From an uncultured Acidobacteriota bacterium (GTDB lineage: Bacteria > Acidobacteriota > UBA6911): a DNA stretch of 64,000 nucleotides. The stretch lies in contig CAWJKZ010000023.1 in assembly GCA_963843575.1 (NCBI GenBank), positions 41,713-105,712 on the forward strand, written 5' to 3'. Below are positions 27,501 through 41,600 of the stretch, one piece after another (position 1 is the first letter of the stretch; the number at the start of each line of letters is the position of its first letter). The position numbers and the translations under genes were made by a program. The notes beneath the pieces were generated by a model. That model searched no databases. It saw only the letters and a program-made list of their open reading frames with translations, and was not told the origin of the DNA.

Positions 27501-30500
27501 TCACCATTCGCGTGCTGCAGCCGCGGGGCGGCAACCGCCACGGCGTGTTCTTCACCCATGCCGCGCGAAGTCGATCAGCTACCACTACGAGCGCAACCCC
27601 GCCGACCCGCGCATCGGCCACGCGCTGACGCTGGAGGTGGACGACTTCGGCAACGTCCTGCAAGTCCGCCGCGATCGGCTACGGCCGCCGCCAGCCGGAC
27701 TCGGCCCTGTCGCCGGCGGATCAGGCCAAGCAGGCCCAGACCCTCATCACCTACACCGAAAACCGCGTCACCAACGCGATCGAGGCCGCCGACGATCACC
27801 GCACGCCGCTGCCCTGCGAGTCGCGCACCTACGAGCTCACCGGGTTGACGCCTGCCGGCGGGGAGCAACCGCTTCACCTTCGATGCAAGTCCTCGACGCC
27901 GGGACGACGGCGATCGCCCTCGACTACGAGAAGAACCCGACCGCCGGACTGGCTTGCAGAAGCGCCTGATCGAGCACGTGCGCACCTACTACCGGCGCAA
28001 CGACCTGGCCGGACCGCTGCCGCTGGGCGAGCTGCAGTCGCTGGCGCTGCCCTTCGAGAGCTACAAGCTCGCCTTCACGCCGGGCTTGGTCGCTGCGGTG
28101 TACGGCGGCCGGGCCAGCGACGCCATGCTCGGCGAACGAAGGCCGCTACGTCCACACCGAGGGCGACGCCAACTGGTGGATCCCCTCCGGGCAGGTCTTC
28201 TACTCCCCGGACCCGGCCGACACGCCGCCGCAGGAACTGGCCTACGCCCGCCAGCACTTCTTCCTGCCGCACCGTTACCGCGACCCGTTCCACACCGAAC
28301 GCGGTCAGCACCGAGAGCTTCGTCACCTACGACGCCTACGACCTGCTGGTGCAGGAGACGCGCGACGCCCTGGGCAACCGCGTCACCGTCGGGCGAACGC
28401 AACGTCGACCCGACCGGCACGCCTCGATCCGCCGAGCCGGCAACGACTACCGCGTGCTGCAGCCGCGGCTGGTCATGGACCCCAACCGCAACCGCTCGGA
28501 GGTGGCCTTCGACGCCCTCGGCATGGTCGTCGGCACCGCGGTGATGGGAAAGCCGGAGGAGGTCCCCGTCCCCGGGCGACTCGGCTGGACGCGAGTTTCG
28601 CGCCGACCTGACCCAGGCCGAGATCGACCAGTTCCTCGACGAATCCCAAGGGGCCGCTGGCGGCCACGCTGCTCGACGACGCCACCACGCGCATCGTCTA
28701 CGACCTGACCGCCTACTGGCGTGAGCCCGATCCGGCGAAGAAGCCACCCGCCGTCGCCGCGACGCTCGCCCGCGAGACCCACGCGAGCGATCCCGCGCCG
28801 GACCAGCGGACTGCAGGATCCAGGTCAGCTTCTCCTACTCCGACGGCTTCGGCCGCGAGATCCAGAAGAAGATCCAGGCCGAGCCCGGACCCGTTCCCAC
28901 GCGCGACGCCGCGGGCAAGATCATCGTGGGCGCGGACGGCCAGCCGCGAGATGACGCCGAACGACGTCAGCCCGCGCTGGGTGGGCAGCGGCTGGACGGT
29001 CTTCAACAACAAGGGCAAGCCCGTCCGCCAGTACGAGCCGTTCTTCACCGACACCCACCGCTTCGAGTTCGACGTCCGCATCGGCGTCAGCCCGGTGCTC
29101 TTCTACGACCCGGTCGAACGCGTGGTCGCCACCCTGCACCCCAACCACACCTGGGAGAAGGTGGTCTTCGACCCGTGGCGGCAGGAGACCTGGGACGTCA
29201 ACGACACCGTGCTGGTGGCCGACCCCAAGACCGACGCCGACGTGGGCGACTTCTTCAGCCGCCTGCCGAATGCCGACTACCTGCCCACCTGGCATGCGTT
29301 GCGGACGGATCCGGCCCACGCTGCAGCGTGCGACGCAGCGCTGGCCCGGACCCAAGACCGCGCGATGCCGAGAAACGCGCCGCCGAGAAGGCTGCGGTCC
29401 ATGCCGGCGACGCCCACCGTCGCCCACGCCGACTCGCTCGGCCGCACCTTCCTCACCGTCGCCCACAACAAGTTCAAGTACAGCGACACGCCCCCGGCCG
29501 ACTCCGCCCGTCGAGGAGTTCCATCGCACGCGGATCATCCTCGACATCGAAGGCAACCAGCGCGAGGTCATCGACGCCAAGGACCGCGTCGTCATGCGCT
29601 ACGACTACGACATGCTCGGCAACCGCGTCCACCAGGCCAGCATGGAGGCGGGCGAGCGCTGGATGCTGAACGACGTGGCCGGCAAGCCGCTCTACGCCTG
29701 GGACAGCCGCGACCACCGGTTCCGCACCGCCTACGACCCGCTGCGGCGGCCGACGGATTCCTTCCTGCGCGAAGGCGCGGGCGCCGAGATGCGTCGTCGG
29801 GCGCAGCGTCTACGGCGAGACCCGCCCGAACCCCGAGGCGAGCAACCTGCGCGGCAAGGTGGTCGAGCTCTGCGATCAGGCCGGCGTCGTCACCAGCGAC
29901 GACTACGACTTCAAGGGCAACCTGCTGCGCAGCCGGCGCCGAGCTGGCCGCAGTCGTACAAGACCACGCTGGACTGGTCCGGCGCCGTGCCGCTGCAAGC
30001 CAGAGACCTACACCAGCCGCACGCGCTACGACGCGCTCAACCGCCCGATCCAGTTGATCGCGCCGCACAGCGACCAGCCCGGTGCGACGGTCAACGTCAT
30101 CCAGCCGAGTCTACAACGAGGCCAACCTGCTGGAGCAGGTGCACGCCTGGCTCAACCGGGATGCCGAGCCCGCGGGCTGGCTCGATCCGGCCACCGCGAA
30201 CCTGCACGCGGTCACCGACATCGACTACGACGCCAAGGGCCAGCGCACCCTGATCGACTATGGCAACGGCGCTCACGGACGACCTACACCTACGACCCAG
30301 CTCACCTATCCGCCTCGCGCAGCTGCTCACGCGCCGCGACGCCGTGTGCCTTCCCGGCGACTGCTCCCCAGCCTGCCGCCGCCGACATGGCCCGGACTGC
30401 CCAGGTCGCAGAACCTGCACTACACCTACGATCCGGCCGGCAACATCACCCACATCCGCGACGACGCGCAGCAGACCATCTACTTCCGCAACCAGCGCGT

Positions 30501-32463
30501 CGAGCCGAGCGCCGAGTACACCTACGACGCCCTCTACCGGCTGATCGAAGCCACCGGCCGCGAGCACCTGGGCCAGGTCGGCGGCGCGCCGATTCCGCAT
30601 TCCTACAACGACGCCGCGCGCGCTGGTCGGTCGACTGCGTCCGCCAGCGACGGCAATGCCATGGGGACGTACCTCGAAGCGCTACGTCTACGACGCCGTG
30701 GGCAACTTCCTCGAGATGCAGCACCGCGGCAACGACCCGGCCCATCCCGGCTGGACACGCACCTACGCCTACGACGAGCACAGCCTGACTCGAGCGCGGC
30801 AAGACAGAGCAACCGCCTGAGCCAGCACCCGCATCGGCAACGGCGACCGAGTCGTACAGCGGAGCAGGCGACGGCTACGACGCCCACGGCAACATGCTGC
30901 GCATGCCGCACCTGCAGCTCATGCAGTGGGACTTCACGGACCAGCTCCAGGCGACCTCAGCGGCAGGTCGTCGGCGACGCGGATGCACGCCAGGAGAGCG
31001 CACCTGGTACGTCTACGACGCCAGCGGCCAGCGCGTGCGCAAGGTGACCGACGGGTTCGCCGCCGCGGGCCAGGCGCCGACGCGGAAGTCCGAGCGCATC
31101 TATCTCGGCGGATTTCGAGATCTACCGGGAATACGACGGAGCGTCCGTCACGCTCGAGCGCGAGACGCTGCACATCATGGACGACAAGCAGCGCATCGCC
31201 TTGGTGGAGACCCGCACCCAGGGCAGCGAACCATCGCCGACGCAGCTCATCCGCTATCAGTTCGGCAACCACCTCGGCTCGGCCAGCTCTGGAGCTGGAC
31301 GACCAGGGCGCAGATCATCTCCTACGAGGAGTACACCCCTTATGGCAGCACGTCGTATCAGGCGGTGCAGCAGCCAGACCGAAACACCGAAGCGCTACCG
31401 CTACACCGGCAAGGAGCGCGACGAGGAAACCGGCCTCTACTACCACGGCGCGCGCTACTACGCGCCGTGGCTGGGGAGGTGGACGAGCTGTGATCCGGCG
31501 GGACTCGTGGATGGGCTGAACCTCTATGTCTACGCCGGAGCCAACCCGGTTGTTCGGCATGACCCGTCAGGACTGTACGGACTGGAGGAGGCCAACGAGG
31601 ACCTGGCTCGCGCGAACCGTATAATCTCCATTATGTTTCCTCCGGCGGCAATTGCCAACGGAGTGGCGAATACCCTCCGGGACGTTGCCGGCCACACTCG
31701 AGCTCTCGTCGAGACAGAATCTACGGGTGAGCGGGTGGAGGCTGCGAAAGCCGTAATCGAGGATTTCGCCCCGTACAGCCTCCTGTTGCGTCTCGGACGT
31801 CTTGCAGACCCCAGCGTCTCCGGTATCAACGCGGTAGCCGTAGCTGACCCGACCGGAGTGGTGTCAAAGACGATGCAGGCCATTGAAGAGGGGAAGCGAG
31901 CTGCGGCCGCTCAACGCGAGCCGACGGATACTGGCACCAAAGTCAGAAGCGGCATCGACCTGGGGCTGGCCGTACTCGAGTGCGCGGATGCGGCGGCACA
32001 GGTTGTGGTGGCCATCGCCGGCTTCCGCACTGCGGGACCGGTCGAGGCTCCACCCGTGCGCGGGCAGGCTCAAGTCAGATCGACAACGGTGGCGCAGCCC
32101 CCGACTCTGCGCCCGCAGGCGGTCACCGAACCGATGCCCATGGCTGAAACCCCAACCCTGCATGGGCAGACGATTGCCGAACCGATGCCGATCACGGAGG
32201 CTCCGACTCTACGCGGGCAGACGTTTACCGAACGGATCCCATTGGAGGGAGCGCCAACTGAACGGATGTCGGCACCGGAGGCCCCGCAGAGTGCTCGCCC
32301 AGTGGCGGTAGCTGCCGAGCCCGGGCCGCCACCGCCCAGCCCCCCCTCCGGTGGTCGTTTGCCGGGACAGCTGAACCCCGTGCAGATGATACAGTGGACC
32401 CAAGCCGAACTGATCGGGCTGTATGCAATGTACGCGCGGATGTTGAGAACTTTTGGAAAATGA
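24549..32463 (+). CDS. Tc toxin TcB-TcC fusion (SpvB / FG-GAP / midN / midC / RHS core / hypervariable C-terminus), split by many frameshifts
   Basis: SpvB GGGAIRGIGEKF..NPVTGTG...LSYDSGSGNGPFGFGW; DLDGDG repeats; HGYFDGIEREFRGFG; RWVGSGWTVFNNKGKPVRQYEPFF; RYRYTGKERDEETGLYYHGARYYAPWLGRWTSCDP...NLYVY..NPV...DPSG. Confidence 0.92.
32101..32253 (+). repeat. Three 51-nt (17-aa) coding repeats in the TcC hypervariable region
   Basis: PTLRPQAVTEPMPMAET / PTLHGQTIAEPMPITEA / PTLRGQTFTERIPLEGA. Confidence 0.85.
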
Positions 32464-32616
32464 CCAGTCGAGCCTGAATCGGGAAAAGAGGAATCCAGGC
32501 CAGGTTTTTCGCGGCGGTCCGGATGTGTCTCGCAAACCTCCTGCTTGCACCGGTGAGAGTGGCGCATGGTTCTGGTGCACCGAGGGTTTGCACAGAGTCT
32601 CCGAAGGAGAACGGGC

Positions 32617-35600
32617 ATGAATCAGATCACATTTCCTTTGAAGCTCCGCATGAAGGGCTCTGAAGTAGCCAATCTCCAGGCGGCGCTGCAGCTTCTGATC
32701 GAGCGTGGCGTTCTCCTTCGAGATGATGAAACTGCCCGAGGCGAGCAAACCGCCGCTCTCCAGCGGGAACTTGCGAAGACGACGTTCGGCTCGGCAACGC
32801 GCAAACTGATCGCTCTCTTCCAGGCGCAGAACCAGCTGCCCGCGGCCGGCGAGGTCGATGAGTCGACCTCGGAGGCGCTGAACGCGAAGCTGAAGGAACT
32901 CGGGGCGTTCGAGGACGCCCCCCCCGACGAACTGCCCGAATTTCAGCACCTCGTGCGCGGTCAGGTTCGCTATGAGGACGGTCTCCCGATCGCCGGGCTG
33001 AAGGTCCAGGCCTTCGACAGGCGCCTCAGGCAAGAGCTGACCCTCGGGGAGACGACCACGGACGCGGATGGGCGCTACGCGATCTACTACTCGGTGCAGG
33101 AGCTGCGCCGCACAGGCCGGCGCACGGTCTGCCTGCTCGTTCGCGCCCTCGGGAAGAAGGAAGGGGAGCGGGAAGAGAGCGTCCTGGCGGAGTCCGACGT
33201 CGTCTTCGAGGCCGGGATCGTGGAGAAGATCAACCTCCGGGTCCCCGGCGGTCTCCAGCATGCCTGGTCCGAGTACGAGCAGCTGATGACCGAGATCGAA
33301 CCCCTGCTGGAGGGCGCACCGGTCTCGAGCCTGTCCGAGGACGAAAAGCAGCAGGATGTCTCCTACCTCAGTGGAAAGCTCAACCGTGACGTCAGGAAAC
33401 TGGCGCAACTCGCCGGTGCACACAAGCTGGCGGAGAGAACCGGGCTGCCGCCGGAGATCCTCTTCGGTCTGGCCCGGGAACAGCTTCCCCTGAAGCTGTC
33501 GGCGCTGCTCGCTCAGAGCGCGCGACGGCGGCGCAACGCCCTGACGGCCGCCATTCGCGAGCACATCATCCCGGGCCGCCTGCTCGACGAGCTGGACCGC
33601 ATCGAGGCGCGCTTCCGGGAACTGGTGGCCCACCACGCGCTCGAGGGTGCGGGCGAGGAGGGCGGTGGGCCCCTGGGTGCCTTATTGGGCATGACGGGAT
33701 TGCCCAAGCCGGTGCAGGCGCGCTTTGCCGCGGAGTTCGTCGGCCACAGGGCGCCCGTCCCGGAATTCTGGAAGAAACTGCGCGGCGACCCGCAGTTCCG
33801 CGGCCACGTCGACGAGCTCCAGTTTGCCTTCCAGCTCAGCGCGCTGACGGCAAACCATGTCCCGCTGATGCGCCGGATTCTGCGGCTGCAGCGGACCGGC
33901 GACATCAGGAACGTGCGCGACCTTGCGCGGTTCAACGCCGACGACTGGAAGAAGATCGTGCTTCAGCCGGACGATACCGGGAAGGCGACCTTTCCCCCGG
34001 AGATCGCCGGCAAGGACGACGACGAGAAGGCAGGCCGGTACGCGGAGATCCTCACCCGAATGGTCGAGGACTCCTTCCCTGTGGAATCCCTTGCGCAGCG
34101 GATGCAGCGGCCCGGCGACAACACGCCTGCAGGCACTCGGGCGTTCTTCAAGAACGTACTCGACCGCGCGGTCTCTTTCGATCTCGGCCGCGCGACGATA
34201 GACGCCTTCCTCAAGGACAACCCGGCCCTGCTCAAGGGGGTGGGCGACGTCGCGGCACTCGGCAAAGACCTGAAGGCGCGCCAGAGGCTCTTCAATTTGG
34301 TGCCGTGGCACGAGCAGATGGTACCGCTGCTCGACGCGGGGTTGACTTCTGCTTCCGCCGTCAACCGGATGGGCCGGCTGGCGTTCGCCGCCGAGTTTGG
34401 CCCGCAGCTGGGGGGAAAGCTGGCGTCAATGAAGATCCACGCGAAGGCCGGCCACATCACGGCGGCGGCGCTGAACGTGCTCGCCAACCTCGGGCCCTGG
34501 TTCAGGTTCCCCATGAACGTCTTGCCCTGGTCCGCGCCCGGCGTGGACGGCCTCCCGGACTGGGAAACGCTTTTCGGGCCCTTCGACTTCTGCACGTGCG
34601 ATCAGTGCCGCTCCGTGCACAGCCCCGCGGCCTACCTGGCCGAGCTTCTCGCCTTCCTCAAGCAGCGCAAGGTGAAGCTCGCCTTGCCGGGCGGCGCCAC
34701 GGCCGACATCAACATGCGCGAGGCACTCTTCCGAAGGCGGCCGGACCTCGGGGATATCGAGCTGACCTGCGAGAACACCAACCTCCGGCTGCCGTACGTG
34801 GACCTCACCAACGAGATCCTCGAGAACGCCATCCGGCCCTTTCAGCCTTTCCTGCTTCCGCCCGGTGCGCCGGCAAACCTCGATGCGCGCTCAGTGTCCC
34901 CGGCAATTCGCGCGTCCTTCGTGAATGCCGCACGGGTTTTGGATGTCGATGCGTCCGTGGTTGTCGTCAAGGCAGGCGAGAAGTGGCTGGTGACCGATCG
35001 ACGGCGGCTCTATTCCGTTCGTTTGCAGGCAGGGCAAACCCAGGTCTTCGCCCTGGGCTACCAGACTTTCGGCACGGAGAACGATCTCGCCGCGAATCCC
35101 AGCCACGTCAACGCCGACGCCTACGCGGAACTTGCCTCGTCGGTGCACCCCTGGTCGCTGCCGCTGGACCTCTGGGTGCTGGAGACGCGCGTCTGGCTGG
35201 AGAAGGCCGGCGTCGAACGCGCCGAACTGATGCGCGCCTTCCAGCCCAGGCAGGCCCCCGTCGACCCGAGTATCCTCGCGGTTGCGTGCGAAACCCTCGG
35301 GCTGACCCGGAAAGAGATGGAGATCGTAACCGGCGTCGATCCGCACCCGCTCTGGGAATTCTGGGGCCTCGAGCAGGCGGGCAACCAGGTGGAGATCCCC
35401 GATCCCGCCGACCCGGCGAAGACCGTCAGTGCCTCCCTGGGTTGGGTCGCGGCGCTGGGCTACGTGCGACCGTTCCTGCGGCAGTCGGGTCTCGGTTACG
35501 ACGAGTTGCTGCGCCTCATCGCCACCCGCTTCGTGAACCCGGCGGGGGAGATCCGCATCGAGTCGTTGGACTCGGAAGACACGGCCACCTGCGACACGAG

Positions 35601-38600
35601 CAAGCTGGCGATCACCAACCTGACCGCTCAGGTCCTCGACCGGCTTCATCGCTTTGTGCGGCTGTGGCGCAGGCTCGGCTGGACCATCCGGGAATTGGAT
35701 CTCGGCATCGCTGTGTTCCAAGGCGGCAACCCCGATCCGAACGCGCGCCTCGTCGCCCGCCTGATCGAGCAGCTTGCCGTGGTGAAGCGTGTGAACCAGG
35801 AGATCGGCGTGCCCCTGGAACGGCTGTTGTCGCTGTGGGGAACGATCGATACCCGGCCCGGTCTGCGCGACGATCCTGCCGGGGAGGATTCGCTTTACGA
35901 CAAGCTCTTTCTGAATCCTTCCGTCCTCAAGCCGGTGGACGGCGCCTTCGTACTGAACGCGGCGCGGTCGGAGGTCGCAGTGCCCGGCTCACCCCTCGCC
36001 GCTCACGTCCCCGCCATCATCGGCGGCCTGGGCATCACTGCCACAGATCTCACGGGCCTGACCGCCGCGGAGGTGCCCGGAAGCGATCTTACGCTGGCAA
36101 ACCTCTCCGCTCTCCACGGGCGGGTCACGCTGGCGAACGGGATGGGATTGTCTATCGGCGAGTTCGTCCGCTGGCGCAGTCTGAGCGGCATCAACCCGTT
36201 CGATCCCGCACGTCCGGAAGACACCCTCGGGTTCATCGAGGCGGTGCGACGCGTCACCGCAGCCGGTTTTTCGGTCGCCGAAGTCGACTATCTGCTGCGA
36301 CATCAGCTCGACGCGGATCCCGCCCTGGCGCCCACCGCCGAGACCATCGCCGTGGTCCTGACCGAAACAAGGGCGGGCCTGCAGAAGATACAGGACAGCC
36401 TGACCCTCGAATCCGATCTGAACGGGGATCTGACGCGCAAGTACCTCGGCCTGCTCAAGTGGGACCCTGCGCATGTCGAGCTGGCCGTATCGACCCTTAA
36501 CTCCAATCCGGCTTTCTCGGCCGCGCTCGAGGAATTGCCCGCTTCAACCGTCTTCCCGCCGACGGTTCAGCCCCGCGTGGCCTGGGACTCTGTGCGCCGC
36601 TGCCTCGCGTTCGCTGGTGTCATGACGGCGGCGGATCGGGCGGCCCTCCTCGGTGTGGCCGTACCGCCCGCCGCGCAGGCGAACTACCAGGCGGCAGTCG
36701 AACAGCTCTTCCGGCAATCGAGTAACTTCCTGGATGCGGTGCGCGCATACGAGCGCCCGGTTTTCCGGGTTGCGCTCGTCCCGGCCTCGATGCCGGCGGG
36801 CAATTTCGTCCCGCGCCGACTGAGGAGCCGCTTCTTCTACGACCGCAAGGCCGGGGAGGTCTGCTTTTCTGGCCTGATGCTCGCCCAGGATTACGCGGAG
36901 ATCTCGGCCATCCCGGGAGTCGACGCCGCCTTCACGAGCGCGCTCGACCAACTGCGCCTGCAATCGTCCGCCTTCGTTCCTGTCGGCGAGAATGAATTCT
37001 TCGCCGAGGCCGAGGTTACGCCCCTGCTGGCGGCCGCCGTGACGCCGCCGGAAAGGTTCCAGGCGGTTCTGGAGAGGCTCGTCCCGCAGTTGCGCCGGCT
37101 GCTGGGCGAAAGCCTGGTGAAACAGAAGCTCTCCGAAGCGTTGGGCGCCGAGCCCGCCGCCCTCGGACACCTGCTGGACGGCGTGACGATGGACGGCTTT
37201 CTCGCGCCCGAGTTTGCCGAAAGCAACGCCGCCCTGGGCGTGGACGCGGCCAGGTTCCCGGCCCTCTTCGATGCCTTCGCGCGCCTGAGCAAGGGCCTGC
37301 TCGTGGCGGGCAAGCTGGGTCTCGATGTCCGCCAGTTGGAGTGGTACTTCCGGTTCCTCCCTACCGTCCCCGCGCGGGATGTTCCCTGGGCTTCGGCGTT
37401 TCCGGTCCAGGCGGGCTGGCTCGACTTCCGGGACTTGCCGCTCAGCCCCAGCCAGGACCCGGTTCCGGCACGCTTCGCTGCGCTGCTCCGCCTCATCGCC
37501 CTGCGCGAGACGCGCGACCAGATCCGCCCGGCCGGCGAGCTGGCACAGGAGGAAATCTTCGCGGCCGCGCGCGAGCCGGTTTTGGCGGCCGACCTTGCTG
37601 CCCTGACAGACAGGGTGGCGGCCATACTGAAGCGTCGTGGTGGGTGGGAGGAGGATGGGACGAAAGCCCTGTGCGGAGCCGCCGGAGTCGCCCTGGTCCT
37701 CCCCGCCGATCTCCTGGACGAGTTCGGCGTCGTCCGCCTCGTCCGGTGCCGGGCGCTGGCGCGACGGATCAATGCGCTCCCGGATCAGGCCGGCGCGTGG
37801 GCGCGCGAGGAGGCGACCGGCGCGACGGCCCAGGGAATCAAGCAGGCTCTCCGGGCACGGCACGGCGAGGAGGCTTGGCAACAGATCGCCCGGCCGGCAC
37901 AGGACATCATCCGGGAGGCGAAGCGAGCCGCCCTGGTGGCCTACCTCCAGGTGCGGCCGCCCAGCCTGGTGCACCCCGATGGAGTAATGCGGCCGGCCTG
38001 GCATGACGCCAACGGCCTGTTCGCCTATTTCCTGATCGATGTCGAGATGACGCCGTGCTGGACGACCTCGCGCATCAAGCAGGCAATCAGCTCGGTCCAA
38101 CTCTTCGTGCAGCGCAGCCTGCTCAACCTCGAGGTCGGGCTGCGCATCGATGCCAGGAAAGACGACGCGTGGCTGCAGTGGAAATGGATGAAGAATTACC
38201 GCGTGTGGGAGGCCAATCGGAAAATCTTCCTTTACCCCGAGAACTGGATCGAGCCCGAGCTCCGTGACGACAAGACCCCGTTCTTCAAGACGCTGGAGAA
38301 CGAGCTTCTCCAGAACGAACTCACGGCCGCCACCGCCGAGGATGCGTTCCTGCACTACCTGGAAAGGCTCGATGCCGTGGCCAAACTCGAGCTCGTCGGC
38401 ATGTACCAGCAGGACACCGCCGACGGCCAGCAGCCGGTGCTCCACGTCTTCGGCCGCACCGCGGGTACGCCGCCGGTCTACTACTACCGTCGCAAGGCCG
38501 GCTCCGGCCGCTGGACGCCCTGGGAAACGGTGGACCTCGACATCGAGGGCGACCACCTGATCCCGATCGCCTGGAACCGCCGCCTCTATCTTTTCTGGCC

Positions 38601-41600
38601 GGTCTTCAGCATCAAGGCCAAACAGGAGGAGATATACCCGAAGGATACCGACGGCAAGCCGCCGTCGAAATATTTCGAGATCCAGCTGGCCTGGAGCGAG
38701 TACAAGCAGGGCCGCTGGCTGCCGAAGAAGATCACGTCGAAACGCATACTGTCGGGCGTGCAGGTGAAGGAAATCACCAAGGACAATCCCGACGACGACG
38801 GGCGCAACGACCACGTCTTCTTCACGAGCATCACCGTCGACAAACAGGAGCCCGGTGCGGGAGGGTCCGCCCCGCGGCCGCCGGCCGGATTGCGCATCTG
38901 GCCGGAATGGGACAACCCGCAGTGCAACTACTCGGATCTCGTGGTCGACGACTATCGCGGGGAGATCGTCATTCCGCAAATGGTTCCCTTTGCGCCGGTG
39001 GAAACCTTCCTGTTTTCCGGCTGTCACGCCGATGCCGCGATCGAGTCGGGCCGCAGCATCTACGGCGTCTTCAACCCCAGCGGCACCCGGGTGAAAGCGA
39101 TGCGCTTCGAGGAAGGCCCGGCCGACGTGCCGCTCCGCCTTCCCGTCGATGCGACGACCGTCCGCGAAGAGGATGCCCTGGGAACGACCCCTGGCAGCGC
39201 CGCCTTCGAATTGCTCTATCCGCACCAGGACTACTTCCTCACCGGACACAGGCCGTTTTTCTTTCAGGACCAGTCGCGCTCGTTTCTCGTCAAGCCGGTG
39301 AGGCTGCCGGTCTCCAGCTTCAAATGGCATGTGTTCGACTCCGTTGACCCGGGTCAGATCCACGCGGTCAAGGAGCACTACTACGCATGGGCAGGGAAGG
39401 GGCAGCTCGCCTTGCGGGACGCCGCCAGAGCCGCACGCTGGCGGCCAGAAGCGCGCGCCCTGGCAGGCACACGGATCCAGGCTCTCACGCAACGCGATCT
39501 GCAGATCCAACACAGGAAAGTGAACGCACTGGCCGCGTCCCCCTGGCTGGACGTGAAGCAGCTGCTCGCCCCCGAAATGCTGCTGCCGCTGCTGCGGAGG
39601 TCGAAACGGTACCGGTTCCAGGCCTTCTGCCACCCTTACGTCTGCGATTTCATCAAGGCGCTGAACGGTGGCGGAGTGGACGAACTGCTGACCCTGGATA
39701 TCCAGGAGTCCCGCAGGAAGTACTTCGTGTGGACATACCACCCCAAGGGACTGGTCGACCCCGATTACCCGCTCGACAACGTGGACTTCACGCCGGGCGG
39801 AGCGTACTCGCAATACAACTGGGAGCTCTTCTTCCATGTGCCGATGCTGATTGCGGCGCGTCTCAGCCAGAACCAGCGCTTCGAGGACGCACAGCGGTGG
39901 TTCCACTATGTCTTCGACCCGACCAATGCCTCGGGCGACGACGCCCCACGCAAGTTCTGGTGCACGAAACCGTTCCACGACCTGCAGCGGGAGGACTATC
40001 TCAAGCAGCGGATCGAGCAGCTCGTCAAGCCGAGCTCGTCCGGCGCGCCGAATCCCGAGCTCGCCCTCGAGATCGAGGAGTGGCGCAACAATCCGTTTTC
40101 CCCGCACGCGGTGGCACGGCTTCGGCTCACCGCCTATCAGAAGTCGGTGGTGATGAAGTATCTCGACAACGTCATCGCCTGGGCCGACCAGCTTGTTCCG
40201 GCGCGACACGATCGAGTCCATCAACGAGGCGACCCAGCTCTACGTGCTTGCGGCGGACATGCTGGGTGCCCGGCCGACCGAGATGGCCCCGCGCGCGCAG
40301 CCCCAGGTGCAGACCTGTAATTCGCTCGATCCGCTGCTCTCCGAGCTGTCCAACACGCTGGTGGAGATCGAGTACCTCGTCCCCTCGCCGAGCCCGGACG
40401 CCGTCCTGGTGAAGCGGAACGCCCCGGCGATTGCGCCGCCGGCGATTCCTTACTTCTGCGTGCCCCGCAACGACAAGCTGATGGCCTACTGGACGACGGT
40501 GGGCGAGCGGCTCTTCAAGATCCGCCACGGCATGAACATCGAAGGCGTGGCGCGCCAGCTGGCGCTGTTCGAACCGCCGATCGACCCCGGGCTGCTGGTG
40601 CGCGCGGCCGCGGCAGGCGTGGACCTGGGCAGCGTGCTCAACGACATGAACGCGCCGCTGCCCAGCTACCGGTTCCAGGTCATGGCGCAGAAGGCCACGG
40701 AGCTCGTGCGCGGAGGTCAAGGCGCTGGGCGCGGCCCTGCTGTCGGCCATAGAGAAACGCGACGCGGAGGCGCTCGCGCTGCTGCGGTCGACCCAGGAGA
40801 TCGCGCTCCTGAAGCAGGTGCGCGAGGTGCGCAAGCAACAGGCCAAGGAAGCCGCCGAGAACGTGACCGCTCTCGAACGCGGGAAACAGGTCACCGAGGC
40901 CCGGCGCGACTTCTACCGGAACATCGTTCGGATCAACCAGAACGAGCAGCTCAACCTGGACAAGCTGCAGTCCGCGCACGAGTGGCAGAGCCGGCGCGCA
41001 GATCGCGGAACTGGTCGCGGCGGTCGTGCCCGCTCATCGGCGACTTCGATCTCGGGGCCTCCGGCTGGGGAAGCAGCTCCGGTGGTCAAGTGGCGATGGG
41101 GCGGCATGAACATCGGCATGGCGGCTCAGGCCACGGCCCGTGCGATGAACTTCCTCGGCGTCCATCGACCAGTTCGAGGCCACCAATGCCTCGATCAAAG
41201 GCGGCTTCGACCGCCGCTGGGACGAGTGGAAACAGCAGGAGAAGCTGGCCAACCTGGAATTGAAGCAGATCGACAGCCAGATCGCCGCAGCGACGATCCG
41301 CCGGGCGATCGCGGAGAAGGAACTCGCCAATCACGACCTCCAGGCGGAGAACGCCAGGGCCGTCGACGAGATGATGCGGTCGAAGTTCTCCAACCGCGAG
41401 CTGTTCGACTGGATGGTCTCGCCAGGTGTCCGCCCTCTACTTCCAGAGCTACCAGCTGGCCTACGACGTGGCCAGGCGGGCCGAGCGCGCCTACCGGCAC
41501 GAGCTCGGCGTCAAGGACTCGAACTTCATCCAGTTCGGCTACTGGGACAGCCTCAAGAAGGGGCTGCTTGCGGGAGAACGCCTTTTCCACGACCTGAAAC

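Noticed and set aside
36544-40224. 1226-aa minus-strand ORF
   Set aside because: Antisense shadow of GC3-biased TcA; no motifs.
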